This document shows positions 1 through 10,455 of a stretch of 64,000 nt of DNA, piece by piece (the stretch's first letter is position 1; every line of letters begins with the position of its first letter). This DNA is from Oscillospiraceae bacterium (GTDB taxonomy: Bacteria; Bacillota; Clostridia; Oscillospirales; Acutalibacteraceae): positions 61,908-125,907 of the forward strand of contig CADBBH010000004.1 of the NCBI GenBank assembly GCA_902792905.1. The letters are read 5' to 3'. The notes under the pieces were generated by a model. It did no database searches. It saw nothing but the letters and a program-made list of their open reading frames with translations, and was not told the DNA's origin. The translations under genes and the position numbers were made by a program.

Positions 1-206
1 TCGGCGAAAACAATCCGCAGTACAGAACAAGAGTTGCCAAGGCAATCAGCTTCCTCGGCACCGATATTGATGAGGAAAAGAACCACATCAGAGGCGAGGA
101 AATCGAGATTTCCGTTCCCGGCTCAAAAGTCAAGATGTTCGTCATCCCGACCAATGAAGAGCTCGTAATCGCGAGAGACACAAAAGAAATCGTTGACGCG
201 ATGTAA
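1..206 (+). CDS. ackA: Acetate kinase, 3' end (partial)
   Basis: Manual translation from nt 3: GENNPQYR...FLGTDIDEEKN...VIPTNEELVIARDT...TAA(204-206); GEN and PTNEELxIA are acetate kinase C-terminal motifs. Confidence 0.93.
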   Translation, partial: GENNPQYRTRVAKAISFLGTDIDEEKNHIRGEEIEISVPGSKVKMFVIPTNEELVIARDTKEIVDAM

Positions 207-220
207 TTCAAAATAAGTTT

Positions 221-246
221 TGCCCGCAGGGACTTCCCTGCGGGCA
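221..246. terminator. Bidirectional intrinsic terminator hairpin between convergent genes
   Basis: TGCCCGCAGG-GACTTC-CCTGCGGGCA stem-loop. Confidence 0.75.
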
Positions 247-250
247 TTAT

Positions 251-796
251 TTATAATTCCAGATACATATACACCGTTTCCTGCCAACCGCCGGAACGCG
301 ACCTGAATCCTCTGGGATTCCTGCCGAACTCGGTGAATCCAAACTTCTTATATAGCTGAACAGCACTTTCGTTGCCGGAAACGACATTGAGCTCAAGCTG
401 CACATATCCGGCTTTCTTTGCGCATTCTATGCAGGCTTCTGTCAATGCACTGCCTATTCCGAGTCCCCAGTATTTTTCATCAATGCTTATGCCGAATTCC
501 GCGCGATGTCTTGTTTTATAACGGTTTCCTATGCACTCTATTCCTGCCGTTCCGATCAGGATTTCGTCAATCACGGCAATTATTTCAATCTCATTTTCGC
601 TGACGGCTTTTTCTTTGAGATATTGTGCCTCATCATCGGCGGTCATTTTGATTTCATCGGGGCAAGACAGCAAAAAATCGGTCTGCTTATGCGTCAGAAT
701 AAAGTTTTCAAGCGCCGCCGCAGCGTCCTGCTCCGTTGCGTTTCGCAGAATACACTTTCTGCTGTCTTTAAGTATGATTTCTTTATAATATTTCAT
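251..796 (-). CDS. GNAT N-acetyltransferase
   Basis: YWGLGIGSAL acetyl-CoA motif, LELNV..NESAVQLYKKFGF. Confidence 0.9.
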   Translation of the reverse strand: MKYYKEIILKDSRKCILRNATEQDAAAALENFILTHKQTDFLLSCPDEIKMTADDEAQYLKEKAVSENEIEIIAVIDEILIGTAGIECIGNRYKTRHRAEFGISIDEKYWGLGIGSALTEACIECAKKAGYVQLELNVVSGNESAVQLYKKFGFTEFGRNPRGFRSRSGGWQETVYMYLEL

Positions 797-825
797 TAAT
801 ATACCGCCTTCGCTGTTCAGTGAAG

Positions 826-1266
826 CTAAAGGATTTTATGCATTTTTATACAATCGAAAGAACCGCTTTTAACAATACCGCTGTCTGTAACCTCATACCC
901 GAGCTTTTCATAAAAAGGAACGGCAACCGTGCGACTGTCGATAAGAATTTCTCCGAAGCCGCATTCGGCGGCCCATTTTTCCGCTTCGGAGACCGCAAGT
1001 CTGCCGAGTCCCTGTCCGCGGTATCCCGGCAGCACCACTACCCTGCCGAGAACTGCGCTCTGCGCGTCATTTGCATAGAAGCGGCAGGTGGCAACAGGAT
1101 ATCCGTCATCGAGAATCACTATGTATTTCGTGCCTTCGCGGTCGTGCTCATCAAATTCCTCTCTCAGAGGGATATGATGCTGGCGGTTCATCCCTTGTAT
1201 TCTCACGCAATAAGCACCAGCCCTCTGCCATTCAGCCTCGGCACGCATCACTTCGAAATCTTTCAT
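826..1266 (-). CDS. GNAT N-acetyltransferase (ElaA/YjcF-like)
   Basis: LGRVVVLPGYRGQGLG and AVPFYEKLGY motifs. Confidence 0.9.
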   Translation of the reverse strand: MKDFEVMRAEAEWQRAGAYCVRIQGMNRQHHIPLREEFDEHDREGTKYIVILDDGYPVATCRFYANDAQSAVLGRVVVLPGYRGQGLGRLAVSEAEKWAAECGFGEILIDSRTVAVPFYEKLGYEVTDSGIVKSGSFDCIKMHKIL

Positions 1267-1297
1267 TTTTTCTCCTTCTTTTCCCTTACAGTACGGA

Positions 1298-2188
1298 TTA
1301 AAGAATAATCAGCGCAAGCAGGCCCATAGCGAACATACCGCCAAGCAAAGCCAGAATCAGAGTCATAACTATACCGAGATTCATAAATATCATAGTGCCG
1401 GTCGCAACTTTTATCGGCATTGTGTTCTCCGCTTCGGAATTATTCTGCCAGCGATAATGAACATCTGCGCCGTCAATAAAAAAGCTGTCCAAGTCGAGAT
1501 TTTCACCCGATTCCGCTCTTTTGAATCCGCAATCCTCAAACGCCGCGGCAAAAGCCTGAGCCATTTCGGGGCTCTTCAGCGTGATAACACCCTCCTGACG
1601 CAGCTCTTTCGCGGGCTCCTCAACGCGCAGATGGCCACGCTTGAAGCCGGTGCTCCACCATGTTTCTTCATAAGGCGTCTCAAGACATTTTTTATAGTAA
1701 CCGTCGCCGACCTCATCGTGATACATAACCGTCTGAATCTTCAGCCAGTCCTCCTCATCGGCGCAGTTATAGTGCGTAGCGTATGAATCCTCTTCGCCGG
1801 TATGCTCTTTTGTGTAAACTCCGACCTCGGAACCATAGAACATCAGTCCGTACTGGCCCTTCCAGAACTGAACGAGCCAGTCAAGCCCTTCATACTCAAA
1901 ATGAACTCTGGCGTAGTCATATTCGAGCAAAACATATGGAGCAACAAGGTCGTAAATGCGTGTGTAACCGAACTGTTTCTGCCAGGAATTCGGGCTGTCG
2001 CAGTAATAATAATCCTGATCGGAATTATACTTATAACCGAGCACTGCGTTATCCTCAAGGAACTTATGCGCAGGGTCGTCAAGCTGCGGCGAGTTTTCGG
2101 TGAGATAGGCGAAAACGCACGGCGCATAAGAAAGGGCGAGAAGCAGCGCAAGGGCAAGTGCGGTAAGGCGTTTTGTGATTCTTTTCAT
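1298..2188 (-). CDS. Secreted, C-terminally membrane-anchored DUF4474-like protein
   Basis: Signal peptide; WQKQFGY..YD, WLVQFWKGQYG, GSEVGVY, WWSTGF motifs; C-terminal TM. Confidence 0.7.
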   Translation of the reverse strand: MKRITKRLTALALALLLALSYAPCVFAYLTENSPQLDDPAHKFLEDNAVLGYKYNSDQDYYYCDSPNSWQKQFGYTRIYDLVAPYVLLEYDYARVHFEYEGLDWLVQFWKGQYGLMFYGSEVGVYTKEHTGEEDSYATHYNCADEEDWLKIQTVMYHDEVGDGYYKKCLETPYEETWWSTGFKRGHLRVEEPAKELRQEGVITLKSPEMAQAFAAAFEDCGFKRAESGENLDLDSFFIDGADVHYRWQNNSEAENTMPIKVATGTMIFMNLGIVMTLILALLGGMFAMGLLALIIL

Positions 2189-2224
2189 ATTATTACCCCG
2201 TTTTTGGATATCATCATAATCTGA

Positions 2225-2253
2225 TAAAAAAGCCTCGTTCCGGAGAACGAGGC
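2225..2253 (-). terminator. Terminator after tRNA-Gly
   Basis: GCCTCGTTC-N4-GAACGAGGC stem followed by a T-run on the minus strand. Confidence 0.8.
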
Positions 2254-2257
2254 CGTT

Positions 2258-2333
2258 TGGAGCGGATGACGAGGCTCGAACTCGCTACCTCCACCTTGGC
2301 AAGGTGGCGCTCTACCAGATGAGCTACATCCGC
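2258..2333 (-). tRNA. tRNA-Gly(GCC)
   Basis: Reverse complement GCGGATGTAGCTCATCTGGTAGAGCGCCACCTTGCCAAGGTGGAGGTAGCGAGTTCGAGCCTCGTCATCCGCTCCA; full cloverleaf with encoded CCA. Confidence 0.97.
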
Positions 2334-2346
2334 AATTGCAAGGGAG

Positions 2347-2375
2347 ATTATAGCAGAGTATTCATGAATTGTCAA
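2347..2375 (-). promoter_or_regulatory. Consensus sigmaA promoter of tRNA-Gly
   Basis: TTGACA-N17-TATAAT on the minus strand. Confidence 0.9.
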
Positions 2376-2500
2376 GAACAAATTTCAATAAAAGAATATG
2401 CGGCGGGATTACCGGGACAGAGCATAAATCTCACAGTAACTTTTTACCGCAAAGTCAAAACGGCCGCCGGTTAAGGCGACCGCTTTTTGATTAATTGTCT

Positions 2501-3043
2501 TTATGCTGCTCTTTTCTTGGTGCAGACATATGCTGCAGCGGCTGCTACTGAAACAGCTGCAAAAGCAGCGATGCCGGCTACTGAAGATGAACCTGTGTCT
2601 GAAGGAGCTTCAGCTACTGTCTCTTCAACTACGGTCTCTCTGTTGCCTGCGTAGAGATCCTTGATCTTCTGCTTAAGGCTTGTGATAAGGCCTTTTACAT
2701 AAGAAAGGATGTCGCTTGCCAGCGTAAAGGAACCGATCTTGGCCTCGAGCTGATCAACAATACCGAGTACATCTGCAGCATTACCGCCGGTAAAACTCGC
2801 GATGAATTCCTTAATCTGATTGATTATACCCTGAATCTGAGCAAGAATATCATTTTCACCTGAGAAAACGCCGGTGATTTTGTCAAGAATACCTTTGATA
2901 GTGCCGATAAGGTCGAAACCTGTGGTGCTTTCATCAGCTGCTGCGGGATCGCTATTAACCGGAGCTGCCTCCTCGGCAAAAGCCATAGTGAAAGCGGAGA
3001 ACGCCATAATAAGAGCGAGAACAATTGCAAGTATCTTTTTCAT
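2501..3043 (-). CDS. Small surface protein (signal peptide, amphipathic helices, C-terminal anchor)
   Basis: MKKILAIVLAL signal; APSDTG followed by a hydrophobic stretch and KKRAA. Confidence 0.7.
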   Translation of the reverse strand: MKKILAIVLALIMAFSAFTMAFAEEAAPVNSDPAAADESTTGFDLIGTIKGILDKITGVFSGENDILAQIQGIINQIKEFIASFTGGNAADVLGIVDQLEAKIGSFTLASDILSYVKGLITSLKQKIKDLYAGNRETVVEETVAEAPSDTGSSSVAGIAAFAAVSVAAAAAYVCTKKRAA

Positions 3044-3185
3044 TTCGCATCAATCCTTTCATAATATTCCGGGCAGTGTTCCGTCTGCCTTTGGTGCAGT
3101 TATATTACCACTTAAGAAAAATAAAGTCAAGAGAAATATTACATAAATGTAATAATTATCAGACAAAACGCAAAATTTGCCTGAA

Positions 3186-4274
3186 TTATTCAAGATAATC
3201 CTTGAGTTTTTTGCTGCGGCTCGGATGACGGAGCTTGCGAAGCGCTTTCGCTTCAATCTGACGGATGCGTTCACGGGTCACGTTGAATTCCGCGCCGACT
3301 TCTTCAAGAGTATGCGGGTGCCCGCCCTCAAGACCGAAACGCAGACGGAGAACCTGAGCCTCTCTGGGCTGGAGAGTCTTGAGAACTTCGTCAAGCTGCT
3401 CTTTGAGAAGCATCATCGAAGCGGCGTCAGCCGGGGCGGGAGCATCGTCATCTGGAATGAAATCGCCGAGATGGGAATCCTCCTCCTCGCCTATCGGGGT
3501 TTCAAGCGAAACGGGTTCCTGGGCAACTCTCATAATATCCCTGACCTTGTCAACGGACATTCCGAGCTCCTTGGCAATTTCCTCCGCGGTCGGATCTCTG
3601 CCGTTCTTGTGAAGCAGCTGACTGCTGGTCTTCTTGACCTTGTTGATTGTTTCAACCATATGAACGGGAATTCTTATCGTTCTCGCCTGGTCGGCAATAG
3701 CTCTTGTGATAGCCTGTCTGATCCACCAGGTGGCGTAGGTAGAAAACTTGAAGCCCTTGGTATAATCGAATTTATCAACCGCCTTTATAAGGCCGAGATT
3801 GCCCTCCTGAATCAGATCGAGGAACTGCATACCTCTGCCGACATATCTCTTCGCGATTGAAACGACGAGACGAAGGTTTGCCTCCGCAAGACGCTGCTTT
3901 GCGCTCTTATCGTCGGAAGCAATTCTGATGGCAAGCTCAATTTCCTCTTCGGGTGTGAGAAGAGGAACCTTACCGATATCCTTGAGATAGACCTTTACGG
4001 GATCTTCGATATTGACATTTTTTTCGTCCACTACGCCCATTTCGGGAGTCTTCGGGGTATCAAGGTCAAAATCCTCAAAATCGCCGCTCGCCATATCATC
4101 GACTATCTCGATATTCTCGGCTTCGAGCGCTTCGTAGAGCTTATCAAGCGCCTCAACCTCTATATTGAGGTCGAGCATTGCTTCGTCAATCTGCTGAGCG
4201 GTAAGTTTGCCTGCCGCCTTGCCTTTTTCGATAAGTTTTTTGAAGGGGTTGTTGTTTTTTTCGTTGTTTTCCAT
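3186..4274 (-). CDS. rpoD: RNA polymerase primary sigma factor
   Basis: [71 protein letters not shown]. Confidence 0.99.
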   Translation of the reverse strand: MENNEKNNNPFKKLIEKGKAAGKLTAQQIDEAMLDLNIEVEALDKLYEALEAENIEIVDDMASGDFEDFDLDTPKTPEMGVVDEKNVNIEDPVKVYLKDIGKVPLLTPEEEIELAIRIASDDKSAKQRLAEANLRLVVSIAKRYVGRGMQFLDLIQEGNLGLIKAVDKFDYTKGFKFSTYATWWIRQAITRAIADQARTIRIPVHMVETINKVKKTSSQLLHKNGRDPTAEEIAKELGMSVDKVRDIMRVAQEPVSLETPIGEEEDSHLGDFIPDDDAPAPADAASMMLLKEQLDEVLKTLQPREAQVLRLRFGLEGGHPHTLEEVGAEFNVTRERIRQIEAKALRKLRHPSRSKKLKDYLE

Positions 4275-4290
4275 TTTATTTGTCCTCCCG

Positions 4291-6045
4291 TTATTTCATA
4301 TTTTCGATAGCTTTCCGGAATTCATCGTCAGACATATTTCTGACATCCGAATCTCCGGGCGGCTGTGTTTTTTTTAGAACCGCAATGCAGTCGAGGCATT
4401 CCTTGAGGGTGTTTGCGAGATTCCCCGCTTTCATTGCGATGCGACCTATTGTGTCGAGCTCCTGAGGTGTGAAATTCTGAGTAAACATTGAAAGATCGGT
4501 TGAATAACCGCCTTCGATAAGCTCAATCAGATGTTTTACCACCCGCTTATTGAATTCGGTAATAAAATCATCCGGCGAGAATTCATCCTTCAGCTGCCTG
4601 TAAAAGTCGGGATTTCTCATCAGAGAGGCAATCAGCGTCTCTTCGGCTTTTGCCGCCTCAAGATTATCTTTCATTTCGGGATTGCTCTTATCCTCAAAAG
4701 TCTTTTTGGAAGCAGTGTCAAGTTCTTTTTTCCGCTCAGTCTGCCGCTTCCTGAACTGTCTGAACGATGCAGCCTTGACCTGAGTCATAATCGCGTCCTT
4801 GCTCACTCCGAATTCATCTGCGAGGCGGCCTGCATAAATCTCTCTTTCAATGGGATTTGAAGAGGCAAGTATCTCAGCCGCCGCGGCAAGGTATTTCACC
4901 CGGCCGTCATCGGTTGCGGTATTATGTTTTTCAAGCTCGGTTTTTAATTTGTATTCAATTTCGTTGTTTGCTCTGTTGAGCATAGCGAGGAAAGCTTCTT
5001 TGCCCGACTTTCGAACTATTTCGTCGGCATCCTTTCCGCCCTCCATCAGCACAACCTTGATTTTAAGGCCGGTTTTTCTGAGAATCGGAAGCGCCTTGTT
5101 TACCGCGTTTCTGCCGGCGCCGTCATTATCATAGCATACATACAACTCATCGGCATATCGCGAAAGCAGATTCGCCTGATCCGGAGTGAACGCCGTGCCC
5201 AGACATGCGATTGCGTGGGGAATACCTGCCTGATGAAGCGCTATGACATCCATATATCCCTCAACGAGAATCAGTCTTTTTTTTCCGCTTACTTCAGGCG
5301 CGTTCTTCGCAAAATTCAAAGCAAAAACTCCTTCGCCCTTCTTATAGACCGGCGTGTCTGAAGTGTTGATATATTTGGGCTTTGAATCATCCATAACCCT
5401 GCCGCCGAAGGCGACGACATTCCCTCTCAGATCAAGAATCGGAAACATGACTCGGTTTCTGAAGCTGTCATAACAGCCGCCTTTTTTACCCTTGACTGCG
5501 AGATTCGCGAGGATAAGCTCACTGTCTTTATATCCGAGCGAGTGAAGATGGTTCCTCAGTGAATCCCAGCTGTCAGGCGCATATCCGAGCCCGAAATGAG
5601 TTATGGTCTTCTGAGTCAGCCCTCTTTTGACAAAATAGTCAAGTGCCTTTTTGTTCTCAGGCTTATATAATTGAGAATTGAAAAATTTTGCCGCCTCTCT
5701 GTTTGCCGAGAGAACTCTCATTCTGAGCTTTGCGGCGCTGTCATCGAAGCCGTCGTCGGGGAGCGGCAGATTATACCTTGACGCAAGCGATTTGACCGCC
5801 TCGACATAGTCGAGATTCTCCATTCTCATTATGAAACTTATTACATCGCCCGCCGCCTGGCATCCGAAGCAGTAGAAGGATTTCGTTTCGGGAAAAACTG
5901 TGAATGACGGCGTTTTTTCACTGTGGAAAGGGCAGAGCCCCTTGAGATTTCTGCCTGTTCTGCGCAGGGACACATAAGAGGAAATAACTTCCTCAATATC
6001 CGCTCTGTCGTGCAGATTCTGAATATATTCTCTGCTGATGGCCGT
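4291..6045 (-). CDS. dnaG: DNA primase (probable start ACG at 6045; ORF track starts at internal GTG 5973)
   Basis: [15 protein letters not shown] zinc finger, Toprim VEGYMD/YDND/KDAD; in-frame upstream [23 protein letters not shown] is the typical DnaG N-terminus. Confidence 0.97.
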   Translation of the reverse strand, partial: TAISREYIQNLHDRADIEEVISSYVSLRRTGRNLKGLCPFHSEKTPSFTVFPETKSFYCFGCQAAGDVISFIMRMENLDYVEAVKSLASRYNLPLPDDGFDDSAAKLRMRVLSANREAAKFFNSQLYKPENKKALDYFVKRGLTQKTITHFGLGYAPDSWDSLRNHLHSLGYKDSELILANLAVKGKKGGCYDSFRNRVMFPILDLRGNVVAFGGRVMDDSKPKYINTSDTPVYKKGEGVFALNFAKNAPEVSGKKRLILVEGYMDVIALHQAGIPHAIACLGTAFTPDQANLLSRYADELYVCYDNDGAGRNAVNKALPILRKTGLKIKVVLMEGGKDADEIVRKSGKEAFLAMLNRANNEIEYKLKTELEKHNTATDDGRVKYLAAAAEILASSNPIEREIYAGRLADEFGVSKDAIMTQVKAASFRQFRKRQTERKKELDTASKKTFEDKSNPEMKDNLEAAKAEETLIASLMRNPDFYRQLKDEFSPDDFITEFNKRVVKHLIELIEGGYSTDLSMFTQNFTPQELDTIGRIAMKAGNLANTLKECLDCIAVLKKTQPPGDSDVRNMSDDEFRKAIENMK

Positions 6046-6079
6046 ATTTCCTCACTCCCTTCGCAATTGTTAAGAAATA

Positions 6080-7105
6080 TCAATCGTCATCGTCGTCGCC
6101 GCGTTTTTTGATGGCAACTCCGGCGAGAATTCCGGCAGCAGTGATAAATACTATTCCGCCGATTACCGCGATTCCGAATATCAGAGTCGGGTCAATCTGC
6201 TTCTTCTCTTCCTGAGGAGCGGGAGCGGTGACTATTTCACGGGTTTCATATTCTTCATAGGGATTAAGCTCCGAATAACCGGTTGGCTGAGATTCATCCG
6301 AAACATCGGTCTCTTTGCCGGAGGTGAAGAATTCCTCATATCCCGAAGGCAGCGGAGCAGTTGTGAATTCCGGCTTTGCCGGAGCTGCGGTTGTATCCGG
6401 ATTCTTATATGTGGTATAGGCAACACTGCTGTTATCCTTATAGCTGGATTCGTTTGAGCCGGTTGTTGTGCCTTTTTTGGTTGTTTCGGTTGTGTCTTCG
6501 GCCTTTGAGGTCGTCTGCGGTGCAGGCGCGGTGGTTTCGGAATATCTGCCGTTTGCGGTCAGAACCAGCGCTCCTGTATCGGCATTCTTCAGTTCGGGAA
6601 AAGCAACACCTGTCTTCGCTCTCGGAGAATATACGGCATAAGAACCGGAAGGATACTTCGCGACTCTGTCAACTGACGCCTTGCCGTCCGCGACGGTATC
6701 CTGCTCAAAGAGCACAAGCGAGGTTCTTGAAGCGCTCTTGACTATCGCCCATCTTCCGGTCGAAGGCGAATAAACAATATCGCCCTGCGCAGGAGTCTGC
6801 GGCGTCTTGAAATCGTAACCGGCCGAATTCATGACGGGACCGTTCGCTCCGGTCGCGATATTCAACCCGTACGCCTCTTTGTAGAACCTTGTAACAAGCT
6901 CAGCGCTCGAATAAGTTGAATTCTCCGCGCTGTAAAGAGAATCAACGCCGAGATAACTGGACACAACAAACGGTGTCTCGCTCCCGACAGCAATCTTCCT
7001 CCCGCCGCCGACATCGGTATTCCAGCTCGCCGAAACGCTGATAACGCTTGCGAAAATGAGGAACACCGCAAGCAGCGGTATCAATGCTTTGACTGTTTTT
7101 TTCAT
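6080..7105 (-). CDS. Membrane-anchored surface protein with degenerate CHAP-like domain and Thr/Pro-rich stalk
   Basis: Signal peptide MKKTVKALIPLL (ATG 7105); YSSAELVTRFY..PAQGDIV..GRWAIV..LFEQD; C-terminal TM + KKR. Confidence 0.6.
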   Translation of the reverse strand: MKKTVKALIPLLAVFLIFASVISVSASWNTDVGGGRKIAVGSETPFVVSSYLGVDSLYSAENSTYSSAELVTRFYKEAYGLNIATGANGPVMNSAGYDFKTPQTPAQGDIVYSPSTGRWAIVKSASRTSLVLFEQDTVADGKASVDRVAKYPSGSYAVYSPRAKTGVAFPELKNADTGALVLTANGRYSETTAPAPQTTSKAEDTTETTKKGTTTGSNESSYKDNSSVAYTTYKNPDTTAAPAKPEFTTAPLPSGYEEFFTSGKETDVSDESQPTGYSELNPYEEYETREIVTAPAPQEEKKQIDPTLIFGIAVIGGIVFITAAGILAGVAIKKRGDDDDD

Positions 7106-7115
7106 TTTGCACCTC

Positions 7116-8117
7116 TCAGATATTTGCCCATCCCTTCGGGACGAACATATCATTGAAAATCTTCACCGCATATCGGTCCGTCATACCCGCAACGAAATCG
7201 CATGCTGCGATTTCGGGGGATTCGGTCCTTGCAGTCTTGATATATAAATCCGGCATAAGCTCGGGATATTTTGAAAACTTATCATAGAGCATCGTAATCA
7301 TTTCCTGCGCCTTGCCCTCCTCGCTCTTGCAGGCGGGATTTGTATAAACTGCGTCAAACATAAAATTATGAAGCATATCGAAAACCATCTGAATCTGAGG
7401 CGAAAGGACAATATCATCCACGCTGTTCTCAATACAATCCCTGACCAGGGTATTTATTCTGACCGATTTTTTATAACCGAGCACATCGCGGATTTCAACG
7501 GGAATATCATCCTCGGTAAGAATCCCGGCAGCCTTGGCATCGTCAATATCGTGGTTGATATAGGCGATTCTGTCTGAAAGGCGGACTATTCTGCCCTCGA
7601 GAGTTTCAGCCGGCTCTCCGTTTGTGTGGCGGACTATTCCATTGCGGACTTCGTAAGTAAGATTAAGTCCCCTGCCGTTTTTTTCGATTTTGTCAACCAC
7701 TCTGAGACTCTGGTCATAATGCTTGAATCCGAATGGGCAGGCGGCGGCAAGTGCTCTCTCTCCCGCATGACCGAACGGAGTATGCCCAAGATCGTGGCCG
7801 AGCGCAATCGCGCAGGTAAGGTCTCGGTTTAGCTTGAGCGCATCGGCAATCGTGTCGGCAATCTGCGCCACCTCGAGAGTGTGAGTAAGGCGCGTGCGGT
7901 AGTAATCGCCCTCGGGAGATAGAAAGACCTGCGTTTTATGCTTGAGCCTGCGGAAAGAGCTGGAATGAATAATTCTGTCTCTGTCTCTCTGATATTCCGT
8001 TCGCATCGGGCATTCCTCTTCGGGAACGGCACGTCCTCTGGAGTTGAATGAAAACGATGCGCGGGGAGATAATATCAATTTTTCTCTTTCATATTTTTCT
8101 TCGCGGATGCAGTTCAT
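7116..8117 (-). CDS. dgt: dGTP triphosphohydrolase (HD family)
   Basis: RDRDRIIHS.SFRRLKHKTQVF, RTRLTHTLEV, HDLGHTPFGHAGE. Confidence 0.95.
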   Translation of the reverse strand: MNCIREEKYEREKLILSPRASFSFNSRGRAVPEEECPMRTEYQRDRDRIIHSSSFRRLKHKTQVFLSPEGDYYRTRLTHTLEVAQIADTIADALKLNRDLTCAIALGHDLGHTPFGHAGERALAAACPFGFKHYDQSLRVVDKIEKNGRGLNLTYEVRNGIVRHTNGEPAETLEGRIVRLSDRIAYINHDIDDAKAAGILTEDDIPVEIRDVLGYKKSVRINTLVRDCIENSVDDIVLSPQIQMVFDMLHNFMFDAVYTNPACKSEEGKAQEMITMLYDKFSKYPELMPDLYIKTARTESPEIAACDFVAGMTDRYAVKIFNDMFVPKGWANI

Positions 8118-8280
8118 TTTCTCACCCCTTCATAAACTAATACGCAGAAATCCGCGCTATTCCCTTTATTTAATTTGTAAACAATTTATGAACAAGTTCA
8201 AATGTTCTTTTATTTATATTATTGACAATTTGTATAAATAAATGATAATATATAAAATGGATAAATTTGGAGGTATACAA

Positions 8281-10455
8281 ATGGCAAAAACACTTGTACT
8301 GACCGAGAAACCGTCGGTTGCCAGAGATATTGCCCGGGTTCTGGGATGCAAAAGAAACGGCAACGGCTGCATAATCGGAGATAAATATACAATAACATGG
8401 GCGCTCGGACATTTAGTAACTCTCGCCGACCCGGAAGTTTACGGCGAAAAGTATAAAACCTGGAAAATGGAAGATCTGCCTATGCTGCCCGAAAAGATGA
8501 AGCTCGTTGTCATCGGACAGACCTCCAAGCAGTTCAAAGCAGTTAGCGCGCTTCTCAATTCGAACGAATATGATAAAGTTGTCATTGCAACCGACGCTGG
8601 GCGCGAGGGAGAACTCGTCGCGAGATGGATTCTCATAAAAGCAGGCTGCCGCAAGCCACTTCAACGGCTCTGGATTTCATCGCAGACCGATAAGGCGATA
8701 AAAGAGGGGTTTGCGTCTCTGAAGCCCGCATCTCAGTATGATGCGCTTTTCCGCTCCGCGCAGTCGAGAGCGCAGGCGGACTGGCTGGTCGGTCTCAATG
8801 TCACAAGAGCGCTGACTTGCAAGCATAATGCTCAGCTTTCAGCGGGAAGAGTGCAGACTCCTACACTCGCGATGATAGTAAAACGCGAGGATGAGATAAT
8901 GAAATTCCGTCCGAAAGATTATTTCACGGTCAAAGCGGATTTCGGAACATTCACTGCGCTATATAAGGATTCAAAGAATCAGGCACGCTTTTTTGATGCC
9001 GCGCAGGCTCAGGAGATTGCGAATGCGGTCAGAGGGCAGCGGGGAGTGCTGACGGAAGTAAAGAAACAGTACAAAATGAAAGCTCCTCCCGCAGCCTATG
9101 ATCTTACCGAGCTTCAAAGAGATGCGAACAAGAAATACGGCTATTCAGCTAAGCAGACGCTCTCGCTGATGCAGAGTCTCTATGAGACACATAAGCTCCT
9201 GACTTATCCGAGGACCGATTCGAGATATATCACAAAAGACGTAGTTGCTACTCTCCCCGAAAGATTAAAGGCCATTTCAATCGGTCAATATAAAGAGGCG
9301 GCGACTGCGATACTCAGGTCAAAACCCCTTCAGACTAAGTATATTGTAAACGATGCGAAAGTTTCGGACCATCACGCGATTATTCCGACCGAACAGTATG
9401 TTGATCTGAATAAACTTACGCGCGATGAAATTCATATTTACGACCTCGTCGTGCGCAGATTTCTCGCCGTTCTCAGCGCACCTTATGAATATGATGAGGT
9501 GCAACTCAAAATCACAATCGGCAAATACAATTTCTATGCAAAAGGCCAGAGCGTAAAATCGGCGGGATGGAAAGCACTCTATGATTCTTCGCTTTCCGAC
9601 GATTCCGACGATGACGCAGACCTTAAATCTCAGTCCCTTCCCACCCTCAATCAGGGAGCTTCTGTCACAGCAAAAGAAATCAGAATTGTCGCGGGAAAGA
9701 CAACTCCTCCGGCAAGATATACCGAAGCGACACTGCTGACTGCCATGGAAAACCCGTCCGGGCAGGTCGACGACGGAAAACTCCGCGACGCCCTCAAAAC
9801 CGCAGGCGGGCTCGGCACTCCGGCAACAAGGGCGGATATCATCGAAAAGCTATTTGACTCATTCTATGTTGAGCGCAGAGGCAGAGAGATTTTCCCGACT
9901 TCAAAAGGAAGACAATTAATTAGCATTGTACCGCCCGATCTGAAATCAGCGGAGCTGACAGCTCAGTGGGAACAGCGTCTGCAGATGATAGCAAAGGGCA
10001 GCGAAAGCGATAAGAAATTCGTTGATGAAATGAGAAAATATGCGACCTCTCTGGTATCGGAGGTCAAAAAGAGCGAGGCGGTTTACCGCCATGACAACAT
10101 CACCAGAGAAGTCTGCCCTGAATGCGGAAAGTATATGCTTGAGGTCAACGGCAAAAAGGGTAAAATGCTTATCTGCCAGGACAGGGAGTGCGGTTACCGC
10201 CGCAGTCTCACAATAATAACCAACGCGAGATGCCCCGAATGCCATAAGAAGCTTGAAATGCGCGGTGAAGGGGATAAAAAAACATTCTACTGCGTATGCG
10301 GCTACCGGGAAAAGCTCTCGGATTTCAATAAGAGAAAAGAGAGCGCAGGAGCCGGCAAGCGAGATGTTGAAAACTATATGAAACAGCAGAATAAACAGAA
10401 AACCAGTAGCAATCCGTTCGCGGACCTGCTCGCAAACTGGTCGGAGGACAGCTGA
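8281..10455 (+). CDS. topB: DNA topoisomerase III
   Basis: TEKPSVA, ATDAGREGE, SAGRVQTPTL, TYPRTDS, GLGTPATRA, C-terminal Zn ribbons; GGAGG RBS before ATG 8281. Confidence 0.96.
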   Translation: MAKTLVLTEKPSVARDIARVLGCKRNGNGCIIGDKYTITWALGHLVTLADPEVYGEKYKTWKMEDLPMLPEKMKLVVIGQTSKQFKAVSALLNSNEYDKVVIATDAGREGELVARWILIKAGCRKPLQRLWISSQTDKAIKEGFASLKPASQYDALFRSAQSRAQADWLVGLNVTRALTCKHNAQLSAGRVQTPTLAMIVKREDEIMKFRPKDYFTVKADFGTFTALYKDSKNQARFFDAAQAQEIANAVRGQRGVLTEVKKQYKMKAPPAAYDLTELQRDANKKYGYSAKQTLSLMQSLYETHKLLTYPRTDSRYITKDVVATLPERLKAISIGQYKEAATAILRSKPLQTKYIVNDAKVSDHHAIIPTEQYVDLNKLTRDEIHIYDLVVRRFLAVLSAPYEYDEVQLKITIGKYNFYAKGQSVKSAGWKALYDSSLSDDSDDDADLKSQSLPTLNQGASVTAKEIRIVAGKTTPPARYTEATLLTAMENPSGQVDDGKLRDALKTAGGLGTPATRADIIEKLFDSFYVERRGREIFPTSKGRQLISIVPPDLKSAELTAQWEQRLQMIAKGSESDKKFVDEMRKYATSLVSEVKKSEAVYRHDNITREVCPECGKYMLEVNGKKGKMLICQDRECGYRRSLTIITNARCPECHKKLEMRGEGDKKTFYCVCGYREKLSDFNKRKESAGAGKRDVENYMKQQNKQKTSSNPFADLLANWSEDS

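Noticed and set aside
3177-3860. 227-aa plus-strand ORF
   Set aside because: Antisense shadow of rpoD; the same applies to most other overlapping ORFs in the track (e.g. 49256-50296, 36347-37093, 31324-32175)
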